A model generated the notes under the pieces. The model saw only the letters and a program-made list of their open reading frames with translations. It had not been told where the DNA came from and did not search any database. A stretch of DNA of 64,000 nucleotides from Eukaryota sp. TZLM1-RC (taxonomy: Eukaryota; Protista; Metamonada: BaSk clade), in the NCBI GenBank assembly GCA_040285825.1, contig JAUPSS010000005.1:868001-932000 (forward strand), written 5' to 3'. Shown here one piece after another: positions 26,401 to 38,279 of the stretch. Numbering within the stretch: the stretch's first letter is position 1; each line of letters opens with the position of its first letter. A program made the translations under genes and the position numbers.

Positions 26401-26784
26401 CGTTCTCGAATTATGACCACTGATACCACAAATCGAACATTTTTTAGAACCTTTTAATGGCATTGGTTTCATTTTTTCAGTTCTTTCTATTTTATCAATT
26501 TGTGAGTTAAAAGTAGAAATAGACTTTTGACTTTTTGCAGTTTCAGCTGGAGAAAACAAATTTCGAGAAACGGAGTTGTTAATAGAACGCGCAACAGAAC
26601 GTAAGGAACGTAATGGTGGTTTTTGTGTGTTTTTTCTGGTACAATGATCAATTTTTGAATGAAAATTTTTTTTGAGATGAATTTCGAGCATAGCTTGCAT
26701 TGTGGGGAGAGTGATTAAGTGAAAGAGATGAGCTTGTTCTGACTGGTAGAATCTTTGCTTGGGCGTTCCAATCAGTATCAAAAG
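23405..26784 (-). mobile_element. Near-full-length CRE-like family A element (lacks extreme 5' end; about three single-base frameshifts)
   Basis: ORFs 24667-26781, 23624-24751, 23436-23738; CSICGISGHNSRTC knuckle; DTDWNAQAKILP in an alternative frame at the 5' end; A-tail at 23405-23413. Confidence 0.92.
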
Positions 26785-29106
26785 TTTGGCAAAATAGAAT
26801 TGTGTTTTCTATTTTTAAGGGGATGTTGAAGATGGTTTCTGATGCTTTGCTTTCTCTTGGATCTCACTATGAAAGAGTTGCATCTAGTGTTTTTGTTTTG
26901 GGAGAGATGGATTTTTTAGATGTTGATTTATAGGTTTTGAATAAAATTAAAATTATTAAAAAAAACTTGATAATTTTCGCTTCTTCAGCTCTACGTAAAG
27001 GTGAATTATAAGATTGTGCCAGTTTTTCATTTGAGCTGTTTGATACATCAGTAGATCTGACAATTTGGAATCAAGACAATTGATGGTGCTTCATCTGCTG
27101 CTCTTTCGTCTGATGTGTTTTTTAATTCTAGTGATTCCAATTACATCTTCGATTTAAATTTTAAGAATGCTTTCAATTCTGTATCTCGTTCTTCCATTTT
27201 GCATTTGCTGCAAAGGCATTTTCCTGAAGTTGAACCTTTTTTCTATTCATTTTATGGAAAATCATCAACATTGGTTTATGAAAACTTTGACCTGCTTTCT
27301 TCTCCAGGTGTTAAACAAGGCGATCCACTTGGTCCTTTTTTCTTTTGTCTGGCAATTCATCCATTAATGTGCGAATTAAAAGAAAAATTCCCAGAAATAG
27401 ATATTGTAGCATATATGGATGACATTTCTGAAATTGCTCCTATTACAATTCTCAAACAAATAGCAACTTTTGTTCAACAGCGTTATGAAGATATTGGTCT
27501 CTCGTTGAATATCTCCAAATGTTTGATTATTGGCCATGAACCAATTGATTTTTTCATTAATGATGTCAATGTCCCCTTTATCAATTATGATCAGTCTGGT
27601 TTTCGTTTTTTGGGTTGTTATCTCGGAAATATTGAAGAAGTCAAAGGCCAACTTTCGACTATGTTGACTCATTTTGGAAATGAATTATAATCAATAGAAA
27701 ATTTAAATATTGAGAAACATTTGAAATTCTTTTTCCTAAAAATCTGTTATTCTGGAAAATTTACTCTTATTTTGAGATCAACATCACCATCAATTTCTGT
27801 GGAGTTTTGTCGAATTTTTAATGAACAAAGAACCAATTTCTTAGCAAAATTATTGGAAATTGATGCATCTCAGTTACGAAGCCACATGTTTTGTGGTACA
27901 AATTTTGGTGGTGTTGATTTTCATAAATCAAGCTACCTTTGTAAAGCTGTCTTTATTGGAGGTGGAAAGAATTTTATATATGAATTTGTGAATCGTTTTC
28001 CTGAAAAAATTGATCTCATTGAAAAGTGTGGCAGCTCTTATCCTATTTCTTTGCAACAGGAAATTGAAACTCTTTCACCCAATATTTGGACAAAACGTTT
28101 CCCCTCTGATATTGTGGAACTTCCTCCAAGAAGCTTGCTCTCCTTACCACTGACATTTGCAAAATTGCAGAAAAAAATCTTGAAAGTTTTAGAAAACTTG
28201 GATTATATTGTACGTCTTAGCTTGGCTTAAGAGAAAAATCCCGTTTTTGCAAACTTTTTGATTGATCTTAAAGACAGTTGCTCAAGTTGCCTAATCTCCC
28301 AAATTCCCAACATTTATGGCCTTCTACTTAATGATCACCAATGGACCACTGCAATGAGAATGAGATGTTTCCTATGGCCTTGTTCTTTACCAAATGATTT
28401 AATTTGTCGCTGCAAGAGTGTTGTTACGCTTTCCCATATTTTAAACTGTAAGTATTTCATAACTTATCGCTCAATTGTTCATGACTCAGTTCGTGATCAA
28501 TTATATGCTATGTGCAAAAGTTTCAATATAGAGGTATTTATTGAGCCATTAGTACGTAAGCTGTCTTCAGATCAAACTGATGATTCCTTTGGTAAAAGAA
28601 GGACAGATTTAGTAGCTCCAGGGATCGATGGTGTTCTCAATGTTGTAGATGTTGTCTCAGTTGATGTTTGCAAAAGTTCTGCTGCTCGTTTAGTGTATTC
28701 CGCTGATTCGCCGTTATCTAACACCGAAAAAAAGAAGATAAAAAAATATGATGAACCTTTGGCACAGTTAGGTAGAGTGGAACATGTGAAATATCAGTTT
28801 GTGCCGTTTGCAATTTCTCTTTTTGGATATATTGGACCTTCAGGGTTGCACTTTTTTGAAAATTTCAAAAAAGTGTTACTGAATAGGTCTGGTAAAACAA
28901 TGAATTCCACTTTCTGGTTAAATAGAATTGTTTTTTTGCATTTTCAAGTCTATTCCAACAATGATTTCAAAGGCACTTTCAGCTATTGGTGTAGAATATG
29001 AACGTAGTGCTGTGAGTAGGTTCAGTAATAGTGACGCTTGTTTGGAGGATATTGAATTCTAGATATTTTTTTTTATCTCAATAAATATTCCAGCGTTTAA
29101 AAAAAA
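26785..29106 (+). repeat. Inverted copy of 8578-10905 (A 3' end + E fragment + family D)
   Basis: Same junctions reverse-complemented; ORFs 27115-27690, 27721-28230, 28258-29001; last ~300 bp more diverged. Confidence 0.9.
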
Positions 29107-29149
29107 GATCTGACATCAATAATAATCATTCATCCATCAAGTCCGGGAA

Positions 29150-29705
29150 TTTTTTTAATAATTTTAATTTATTGTTAAACTACAGTCTAAAAGTCAATAT
29201 CTTCAAAACAAGCTTCCACACCATCAAACCTCACAACAGCAATTTCTTCGCAATGTGCACTGACAGACATCAAAGCTTTCGAAATCATTTTAGGAATTGA
29301 TTTGAAAATAGTAAAAACAATACGATTTAGCCACAAGCAACGATCAAAACGCTTATTCATTTTTCTTTTTACAAGATTTTCAAAATCATCAATAAAATTC
29401 ATAGCAGTATTTCCAAGACGACCATATAACGATATAGCAAATGGGCAAATTTGGTAATCTACATGGCGAACATGTTTCAATTCTTTTACAGGATTTGCAT
29501 ATTTTTTCCGTTTGTACAATTCGGAGTCATCAAGGGGAGATACTTCGGATTGTGCATTTTTCAAGGCATTTTTCTTGCAAACATCCACTGTTACGACATC
29601 AACAACATTCATGACATCATCAAACGAGGGCACAACAACATCAGCACGTCGTTTTCCATATTCTGAATCTCTCACGCTTTCATTTATATCAAGAGACCTC
29701 AACAA
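29150..29705 (-). mobile_element. CRE-like family C 3' fragment
   Basis: Endonuclease ORF (RRADVVV..DVVTVD..KY) ending VEACFEDIDF. Confidence 0.85.
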
Positions 29706-30245
29706 TGGCTTTTTTTTCTCCCTCCCTTGGTCAACCCTCTCATATTTCACTTTCTGTGTCGGCGTCAAAGTTGTACTGTGTCTTTGCCAAAACGATGCCA
29801 GTGACTGATAGTGACTCCGATACTGATTGGAATGCCCAAGTGAAGGTTCTACCCGTCAGATCAAGCTCATGCCCTTCACTACTCAACTCTCCTCACCCTC
29901 CAAGCTATGCTCGAAATTCTTCTCAAAAAAGTTTAAATTCAAAAAATGATCATTCTGCCGCAAAACTCAATTTTTGACACCTGTACTCTTGAATCTTTTT
30001 CTGGTGTCAAACAAGGTGATCCTCTTGGTCCATTGCTTTTTTGTTTGGCTATTCATAATACTATTGAAATGATCCAGAAAGAATTCCCTGAGTGACGTAT
30101 TGTTGCTTATATGGATGACATTTCGATTATTGGTTCTTATCAAAGCATTTGTAGGGTTTCTAAAGGCATTGCTGCGAAATACAAAGACATTGGATTAGCC
30201 TTGAATCCCGCAAAATGTCTCTTGATTGGAAGAACAAAACAATCT
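29706..30245 (+). mobile_element. Family F-related element: 5' end joined to an RT fragment (internal deletion)
   Basis: 5' UTR and MPVTDSDSDTDWNAQ match 14521-14740; GVKQGD..AYMDD at 30003-30119. Confidence 0.85.
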
Positions 30246-30671
30246 CTATTTTTTTATTTAATTTGTAAATTTATTTTCAACGCTACTTTTGTACAAAATA
30301 CAAAATTGAGGAAATTGATTTTTAGTTTTTAACAATTTCGTTTGAATAAAATAAGCTTTTTTCAAAACAAGTTTTTGTTTAATTGTTCTGTTTGCGTTTT
30401 AAAATAAATAAAGTTTAAAAAAAACACAATGTTTTATTAAATGTTGGTTTTCAGAAAAACGTTTCAAGAATTCAAAGCTGAAATTTTTGCCTCCACCAAA
30501 TGAATGTAGCTCAATAAAAACTCAACTTTTTAATTAACAATTCTATTTTGCCAAAACAATTTGTTAAATTTTTTATTGGTTCATTTCTTCAGAATCATTT
30601 CAAAATCTGTAAACAAAACACTGTATTAAGCTTGCAATTGTTTTGATACAACTGATTAACTAAAATTGATA

Positions 30672-30743
30672 CGTTCCCACTGGGGGTCGAACCCAGAACC
30701 TTTTGATTCGAAGTCAAACGCGCTTCCATTGCGCCATAGGAAC
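30672..30743 (-). tRNA. tRNA-Arg(TCG)
   Basis: GTTCCTA/TGGGAAC acceptor stem, TGGCGCAATGG A-box, TTTGA-CT-TCG-AA-TCAAA anticodon arm, GGTTCGACCCC T-arm; no encoded CCA. Confidence 0.95.
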
Positions 30744-31379
30744 ATGTTCCTTTTGATGTGCTGAAGTAGTATGATAAACGTTGCATTTTTTGGTTGAGAT
30801 GACGTATAAGGCGTGGGTGATTTATTTAGGTTAAATAACACCTCGAGTTTGTACAAATCGCGTTTTCCCCTTGGACTACGAACTGAAAATTGGCAAAAGT
30901 TCTTGACCGTTCAGTTGTTGGTATAACAATGCAAAACATGTAGAAGTTTACTTTATTACACTTGTTTAATTAGTAAAGGATGAGTCCCTGAACTCTAACA
31001 TTTGAATGTGGAAGTTAGATCTATTTGAGTTGAAATTCACAAGTGGAAGAACAATTTTGGGATTTTTTCAGAACATTCCATATTTATTTGTGCCCAATTT
31101 TATTTGTGCCCACCTTTTTTCCACCCACTGTTTCTTCAAACATGGTACCCTTAAAAAATGGCCACTAAACAAATTGGCAACAGAAACAATTAACGATTTT
31201 TTTTGACTCGGTCAAAATCCATCACTATTTTTCACCATTCATAATTTTAAATATTGGCAATTGAAAGCAATTGAGAGTAAGTCTCTCAAAATGATTACAA
31301 CCATAGCAGTACCACTATACAGTCACTACTGAATGTGGGAAAATGAAGTCACAAAATTTTTTATTTATAAATCAAACAA

Positions 31380-32276
31380 TATTTGCAGCTCGGCTGTTTT
31401 AAATCAAGATCTTCACTCATTGTTATTGGAAAAGGGTGTTTGTGAAAACAAGGTGTCAGATTCTTCACTTTTTGTAACCATTGTACCACGAAGATTTGGA
31501 TTGTGTGCTACTAATGAAGCATTTGTAACAAAAATGAGATTATATTTGAACATCCCCATTAACCAATTATTATCAAAAGAAAAATGTATTTGTTCGAATT
31601 CACCTCAACTCACTTTGCGCCATGCTCTAAATTGCTCTAAATTGATAACTTATCGTTCTTCATTACATGATGCTGTTAGAGACACTGTTTTCAATATGGC
31701 ACAAACTGCAAGGATATCGTGTATCAAAGAGCCCCTGCTGAAAGAAACACTTTCTCTGAATAATTTTAGTTCTGATGATAGAGGTGATGTATACTGTGAT
31801 TGGATTGATAATTCTGAAGCTATTGTTGACTTTGTCTCATGTAATGTTGCAAACGATACTTTGGTTCACAGAAGAAAACTTAATCCTGTGGCTGCTCTGG
31901 ATTTTAAAGCAAAAGAAAAACATAGAAAATATGATAAAGAAATTGAAGATGCAAATATCGATAGAAATACACAGCTGGTTTTTATTGCTTTTCCATTTTC
32001 GATAAATGGAAGATTATCAGTTGAAGCAGAAACTTTTTTGGATGACTTCCAAAAAATGGTGAAAGAAAAAACAATGAAAAGATTTGATATTTTTTTATGG
32101 CGTTCACGGATTCAATTTGCCATTATAAATAGATTACCGCGGTTTTTCAATCGAATTAGAGAAGCTTTAGCTAGACAGCAAGCAAATCAAGTTTTTGTAG
32201 AGGAAATCTTGGTTTAATGATAGTCGTCCCATTAGTTATGATTTAATTTAATCAAGTGTGCAAATTCAATAAATTA
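31380..32276 (+). mobile_element. CRE-like family B, 5'-truncated, 13-bp TSD
   Basis: ATAAATCAAACAA at 31367-31379 and 32277-32289; near-identical to 4750-4895 plus 6663-7416. Confidence 0.92.
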
Positions 32277-32479
32277 ATAAATCAAACAAATAGACCAAAA
32301 AATTGACGCCTAAAAAATTGGCGAATTCTTGAGACCTTGGCAAAATTCGCCATATTTTATGGGTCCATTTTTTTTCGAATAGAGTAACATAATAACTACT
32401 GAATGCATTCAATACACTATCTAAGTATAAAATTCAACAATTTCCAATGTCTTCACAAACATGAAATATTCGTTTAAAA

Positions 32480-32990
32480 CCTCTGTGTGAAGAATCAATT
32501 TTCTGTTTGAGGTAAAATGGAAGTAACATTCAATGTGCTTGGTATGATGGAACTGAACTAATTATCGATTGTACTACCGTGTCTCCATGGAAAAGAAATT
32601 CCAACTGACATTCAACATTTACTCAAAGTTGCAGTGCTTTGCAAGAAATCAAAATAGAAAACTCTTCCACAACATCTTGATCGAGCAAGAGCTCTGGAGT
32701 ATCCATTCTGTCATTTCAAAAAGGTGTTTCTCCTTACAGTATGAAGCAACATGTTCTTTTTTGAGTTTTTTGATGTTGCTCAGCATACTACAAAGGAAAA
32801 AATGGATGGCTGAATGTTAATCCTCAAAGAAACAGCAGTGAACGAGGCAGAAACCTCAAATTTGTCCTAGTTGCTATTTCAATTCTTGGCACCGTTGAAG
32901 GTGAATGTCTCACTTTTTAAATGATTTAGGAAAACTTCTCAAAGAAAGTGATCGTATATTTGGATTTCTGATTCGGCAGAACAGAATTGT
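32480..32990 (+). pseudogene. Decayed endonuclease region of older CRE-like family H
   Basis: Nucleotide similarity to 53060-53365 and 54025-54090 (CAWYDG.ELIIDCTT.SPWK). Confidence 0.6.
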
Positions 32991-33711
32991 ATCAGGAAAC
33001 AGATCCAGAGGAATCGAACATTGCCTAGAACAAAACTCCAGTTTGTGCTATTTACGTGCCTATGAGGGAAGAGTGCTGTCTGTTGATGATGTAACGTTAC
33101 CACTAACGATGGTTCAAATGAAAAAGAACCAGAAGTTACTGTAAGCGGACCTCCTATAGCCAATCCAAGAGTGGAAAGACCCAAGAAAGTTAATATGAAG
33201 AAATAAAGCGAAGGAAAGTCTTGTGGAAAATCGAGGAGATCTTAGGAAACTCCGAATGAACCAGCTCAGAAGCGTACCTACAAGTGTGGAATATGTGGAG
33301 AAGTAGAGTACAACAAGAGAGGAAGTAGGTGAATAAAGGTATGATTAATATTGTGTGGTGTTTAAGATCACGTAATGTGTGGTTCTTGATGAACGTCACA
33401 AAACAATGTGGAGAAGTGAAGATAACTTTCGTGAAAGTTTGTGGATTTTGATTTAAAAATGAGAAAAATATGGATTTTGGTGTTGTCCCAAAAAACAATG
33501 CAATTACCAGAAAAATTATGACTTGCCTGAAGGGGAAGCTACATTTGGCTTAGGCTAACAAAAATGGAAGTATATCAGCGCTTTTATAAAGTAATTTATA
33601 TGTTTAAACATCGGTGAAATAAAAATGATATATATATATATAGGAAACTACAAAGTACAACAATATCTTTTCATGGAACACTGCGATTGGTTTCATTAGT
33701 GTACCCACAAA

Positions 33712-34807
33712 TGATGCAGTTAGGCAGAAATACCAAAGATGAAAAGAAGAAAAGAGCTTTATTAATAAAAATACTTGTTCTTGAACAAGTGCCACGTCAT
33801 CATGTGAATTCCTCATCTGTCCACCAAGTTAGTTTATCAGTAACAACAACACTACTTCTTCCCATTTTCTTTCAACAGTTTCGTAAACCATTTAGCATAA
33901 TGAAGATAGGGGATTTAAGAAATACTGAGGCACGTGGTGTAGATGATTTACTTCGTGCTTAACTTTTGAGGGGCAATCACGAGCTAGATGACCTTTCTGA
34001 TGACATTTGAAACATGTCCCGTCAGTCAAATTGCGAGACCAATGGGATGAACGAGACTTCATACCAGCTTGACGCACAGAGTCAGTATTTTCAGAAACAA
34101 TCTTTGAAGATCTGTTCCAAGAAGCTACTCGCGTGCAATCAAGTAGTTCATCCTCTGCGGTATTCACCAATGTAGGAAAATCGGGGAACACCTCGTCCCG
34201 AATTCGAGAAATCAGAGATTTCTGCAGTCCTAATGGAAGAATACCCTTGGCGAATCTGATCATGAAGGCTGAGTCAGGCAATTTCAGTCCGGAAGCCCTG
34301 CTTTTCGCCTGAAGAAAACGTCTCAGGTAGCAGGACATACGTTCACGGACGTCACCCTTACGGACATCAACCTTCAACTCAGACATCACCAAGTTGAATT
34401 CCTCGTACGAGGAAAACGAGGTGGAGGATCTTAAATGATCCAGAAACACCTCATCGGATGAATCAACCCCAGGTCTTGTGAGAACCAATGATTCTAACAA
34501 GAAGGGGTCAACGAGGAGCCTTGCTGGAACAAGGTCCTTCTTCGGTGTAACAGAAGAGTACACCTTTCACTGTTGTAGGAACAACAGGACATCATCCACT
34601 TCCATAGAAGCAAGGGACGGATGTAGTACGCGTGTAGATATCATCTGCAATGAGGGCCAATAATTATTGATGCCGTTAGGCAGAAATACCAAAGATGAAA
34701 AGAAGAAAAGAGCTTTATTAATAAAAATACTTGTTCTTGAACAAGTGCCACGTCATCATGTGAATTCCTCATCTGTCTACCAAGTTAGTTTATCAGTAAC
34801 AACAACA
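33712..34807 (-). mobile_element. 1096-bp gag-only LTR retrotransposon with 140-bp LTRs and 4-bp TSD
   Basis: TG..CA direct repeats 33712-33851 and 34668-34807 (2 mismatches); CAAA at 33708-33711 and 34808-34811; polypurine tract GGGAAGAAGTAG adjoining the 3' LTR. Confidence 0.92.
33892..34644 (-). CDS. gag: Gag with CCHC zinc knuckle; in-frame TGA at codon 26
   Basis: ATG 34644 in frame, TGA 34567-34569, then 224 open codons; CFKCHQKGHLARDC. Confidence 0.8.
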
Positions 34808-34947
34808 CAAAAGTTATACAACATTTTGGTTTCTGTAAATGTAAATCACTCTATAGAATACATTGGTGCAAAAAAGTAATGAGTGATGAATATTCAAATC
34901 ATTGATTATGAAATGATCGATTTCTGACCAATCACATTTCATATATC

Positions 34948-35492
34948 ATGAAACACTTCTTCTTCTCAGAAACTGAGATAAATGAGCTTCAGGAGTCATT
35001 TGAGTTGTTTGGTGCAGATGGTCACATCAAGAAAAGCAGCGTTCTCCTCGCTATGCGTGCTATTGGTATTTACAAGTGATATTCGACTGACAACCAGGCC
35101 AGAATCCTCCTGAAGATAAGTTAAACCAATTGCTCAATGATTACGATGTGGCCAAGACTGGAAACATTTCTTTCCAACAATTTGTTGACATTGCTGCACT
35201 TCTGTACGAAAGCGATGACGAGAATCAAGTACTTGAAATGTATCACATGTTGGAGAAGAATGAGGACAACTTCATTAAGATCTCCACCTTCAAGAAGTTT
35301 GTTCTTGACTTGGACCTGAACATAAAGTATGTCTATTTAGTCTAACCTCAGTGAGAAGAAGCTTGATGACATCATCAACAATGTTGATTTTGATGGAACA
35401 GGAGTCATCAATTGTATGAACATAAGTGTTGTTTCACCGCAGTTTATCAATTTAACCAATTGTATACAGATCTTGCTGATTGTGTAGAATGA
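34948..35492 (+). CDS. Calmodulin/centrin-like EF-hand protein, 4 exons (introns 35066-35097, 35327-35351, 35414-35442)
   Basis: Removing three GT-AG introns restores ELQESFELF..MRAIGQNP..DVAKTGNISFQQF..VDFDGTGVINFYQF in one frame. Confidence 0.85.
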
Positions 35493-35929
35493 GTCTTGTT
35501 CTCATCAATTTTATGTAAAGTTCCTTAATTTGATCAATGGTCAATACTATCGAAGTAGTTCTCTGTCCACATGTGTAATATACAACACTTACCAAAAGCA
35601 CATAACGACTTTAATCTCAACGCTAAATCAATTTCAAGCAAGTTTTTTGTTGATTTTGATTTGTTTCAATCAACATTGTAACAAACCTCAAACTTTATAT
35701 CTCCATATCAGTGAAAAAATTGTGCCTATTTTTTGAAAAATTAATTTCTTGCAATTGTTTTTTCCGAAATAACTCCTTATGACTGATGAATTCTTGTTTG
35801 GTAGGTTTGAGCACTTTTTAATTATTGGGTGAAAAAGATATTTATATATTTGATGGACTTTATCCCACAACGCAACATCTTAGACTTCTATGTCATATGT
35901 GACTATTTTATTCCGGAAATAGACACATT

Positions 35930-36345
35930 TGAAAACTAAACAACAATTTTAACTAAAGCTTCTTTTCCATGGAGAAACGGTAGTATAATCGATAATTATT
36001 TCAGTTCTATCATATCAATCACATTGAATATCACCTCGTTTTTAGCTCAAACTGAAATTTAATTCATCAAACAGAGGTTCTAAACGAACTGGATAATGAA
36101 CACATTTTAAGAGATCATAAATACAATCATCAACAGCATTGTGGATAATTGATCTTTTTTGAGTGAATTCACAGCAGGAAAGATGGTGATTAATAAAACC
36201 AAAAGCACCACCTTTACAGTTCATATCTGATAAGCTTTGAGGAGGAGAAATATTAAGTCTGATTCGCATGACCGTCAAAAATTGAATATCTGAGAGCAAT
36301 AGTCCAAATTTGTGAGAAACTTGTATTAACAAACAAGTCACCACT
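35930..36345 (-). pseudogene. Decayed family H CRE-like fragment
   Basis: ORF 36042-36344 parallels ORF 52729-53073 (FGLLLSD..RSIIHNAV..EPLF). Confidence 0.65.
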
Positions 36346-36849
36346 GATTAGAATGTTGAAATCACGACTAGGTGTCACTAGAATTGCCAATGTGATTTAT
36401 CTATATTTACTCCAATATAAGGGTGGTCCTGCTTTTCCCGATCTTACCTTATTGTATAAAAAGTGTGAAACTGAAAAATTCCACATTTTGCAAAATTCTT
36501 TTGATCTTCATTTGACAAATATATTTCAAATAATGAAACAAAGAAGATCTTTTTGGAAACCAAAATTTAATCCAACAGAACAATTGGAGAAATGTTTTGT
36601 ATTTGGTTGAAGAAAGAAATAGATTGAAAAATACCCAAATTCGCAAGAAATTTGTCTCTAAATTTAAAAATGGTCAAATTCAAAAACAGTCGACTTATTC
36701 ATGGAGTGTAAAGTACAATCATCAATGAACAATGCCATATTAAACTCAGAAAGTATGAATGCTGATCATCACTGGTTGTCCATGTTGATTGATCTACCTC
36801 CTAGAATCATTCAGTTTACAATTAATCCACTATTATTTATTTATCGAAT

Positions 36850-37650
36850 AAAGAAAAAAAATCATCAAATAAACCAAAGTTCCACATCCTCAAAATCTGC
36901 TTCCCCTACATAGAAACAGTAAACTACCAAAGATTCAGAAAATTTAAAACATAAATGGAGTGAATCAGAAATTAATTTCACCATTCTGTTCAAAATAGAA
37001 AATACAATCCTGTTTTGCCAATAAACACGATTGAAAATTTTTCCAATTCCTTCATATATGTATTGAAATATGTATTGGTTATGAATACAACTACTTACTA
37101 TAAACTGAACTTGTGGTTATCAAACAAGATGAACTATTTTGAAAAGAATTCACACTACACAAAGAAGTCAAAAACAACTGTAAAGAAAAATCACCGGAGT
37201 TGTTGACCATGCTAATTTGGTTGTTCAGTGATTCTGCCTCTAGATAATTAATAATTTTCTTCTGTAGTTTGGGAACTGTTCTCAAAAAGTTTGGTAAATC
37301 TTTAGTTTCTATTGAGTTAAAGTCAACTTTTGCAGGAAATGATGATTTCCAGAAGTCATTCGAACAACTTTCTAGAAAGGAACGCAAAAACTTCGTTGTA
37401 ACTGAAGTAGAATTTTGTGCTAAATACAATTATTGATGAGGAAACCGTAGAGCAAGTTCAAATAAGAAGTTCTTGATTCCATCTAAAAACGAAGCATTTG
37501 AAAAATGGATGAACAAGTTAGGCCACTACCACCATGTTTATGCGATCTAAAAGTATGAAAGGGAATATCATCAATATTATTGATGTTCAGTACTGAACCC
37601 AGAAATTGAGTTCTCTCAGAAAAATACTGTTTGACATATTGAGTGATCAA
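36850..37650 (-). pseudogene. Decayed CRE-like fragments (F-like 3' end ~36860-37050; H-like post-RT region ~37085-37650)
   Basis: 36860-37050 resembles the reverse complement of 17720-17890; ORF 37091-37429 shares NSFQNSSSCLIT with ORF 52729-53073. Confidence 0.6.
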
Positions 37651-37919
37651 ATCATATGTGATTATTGTTCAAATAGATCGATCTTACATTAAATTATAGT
37701 TTTAGTCACTGAAAACTATATCAAATGAAGAAGCAAGACTTTGTAAGGATTGAATACCCCATACACACTGCAGCCATGGCGTCAAATTATACGGGTTCAA
37801 ATGTTAGCTTCCACTATGTGTATAAATGATGTTGCAAAAGAACGACTTTGGAAAAATGACTTCCCGAAAAGTGGGTGAAAAATAACAATATATATATATA
37901 GATGAACACAAAAAAACAA

Positions 37920-38279
37920 CTAAACATTTCTAATCAACTTTCGTAAAACCTCACCAGCTTGTGGTATTGTAACTAGCACCGAGGAAACAGTCATTACAAT
38001 AGCAAGCACAAAAGTCAAAACAAATTCACTGTTCTTAATTCCAATACCAAGAATTGCCCAGGCCAGAACCAAGTAGGGAGAATAATCATGTCCTGAGGCA
38101 AGTTTCATGAAAACAAATACGAAAGCACAAGGAACAACAATGAGGAGAATTTGTGCAATGATCTGGCTGGCGAGGTCAACTCCCATCCAAGCTAAAACGG
38201 TTAGTGCATTTGCAATGGTGGCCACAAACAACCATGCCGCATGTGCTGCAAAAGCTGTGTAGGTTATAAGATCGGCCAA
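37920..38279 (-). CDS. Multi-pass membrane protein (TspO/tryptophan-rich sensory protein-like), probably only the C-terminal part
   Basis: Four hydrophobic helices, AAWLFVATIAN and LVLAWAILGI motifs; listed start is TTG, so the true 5' end is unresolved. Confidence 0.45.
   Translation of the reverse strand: MADLITYTAFAAHAAWLFVATIANALTVLAWMGVDLASQIIAQILLIVVPCAFVFVFMKLASGHDYSPYLVLAWAILGIGIKNSEFVLTFVLAIVMTVSSVLVTIPQAGEVLRKLIRNV

Noticed and set aside
30738-30751. 14-bp palindrome AGGAACATGTTCCT overlapping the tRNA 5' end
   Set aside because: Single short instance; no supporting evidence of function.
34567-34569. In-frame TGA/TAA codons in several elements suggesting a variant genetic code
   Set aside because: Host and TE ORFs end normally at TAG, TGA and TAA, and long host ORFs contain no internal stops.
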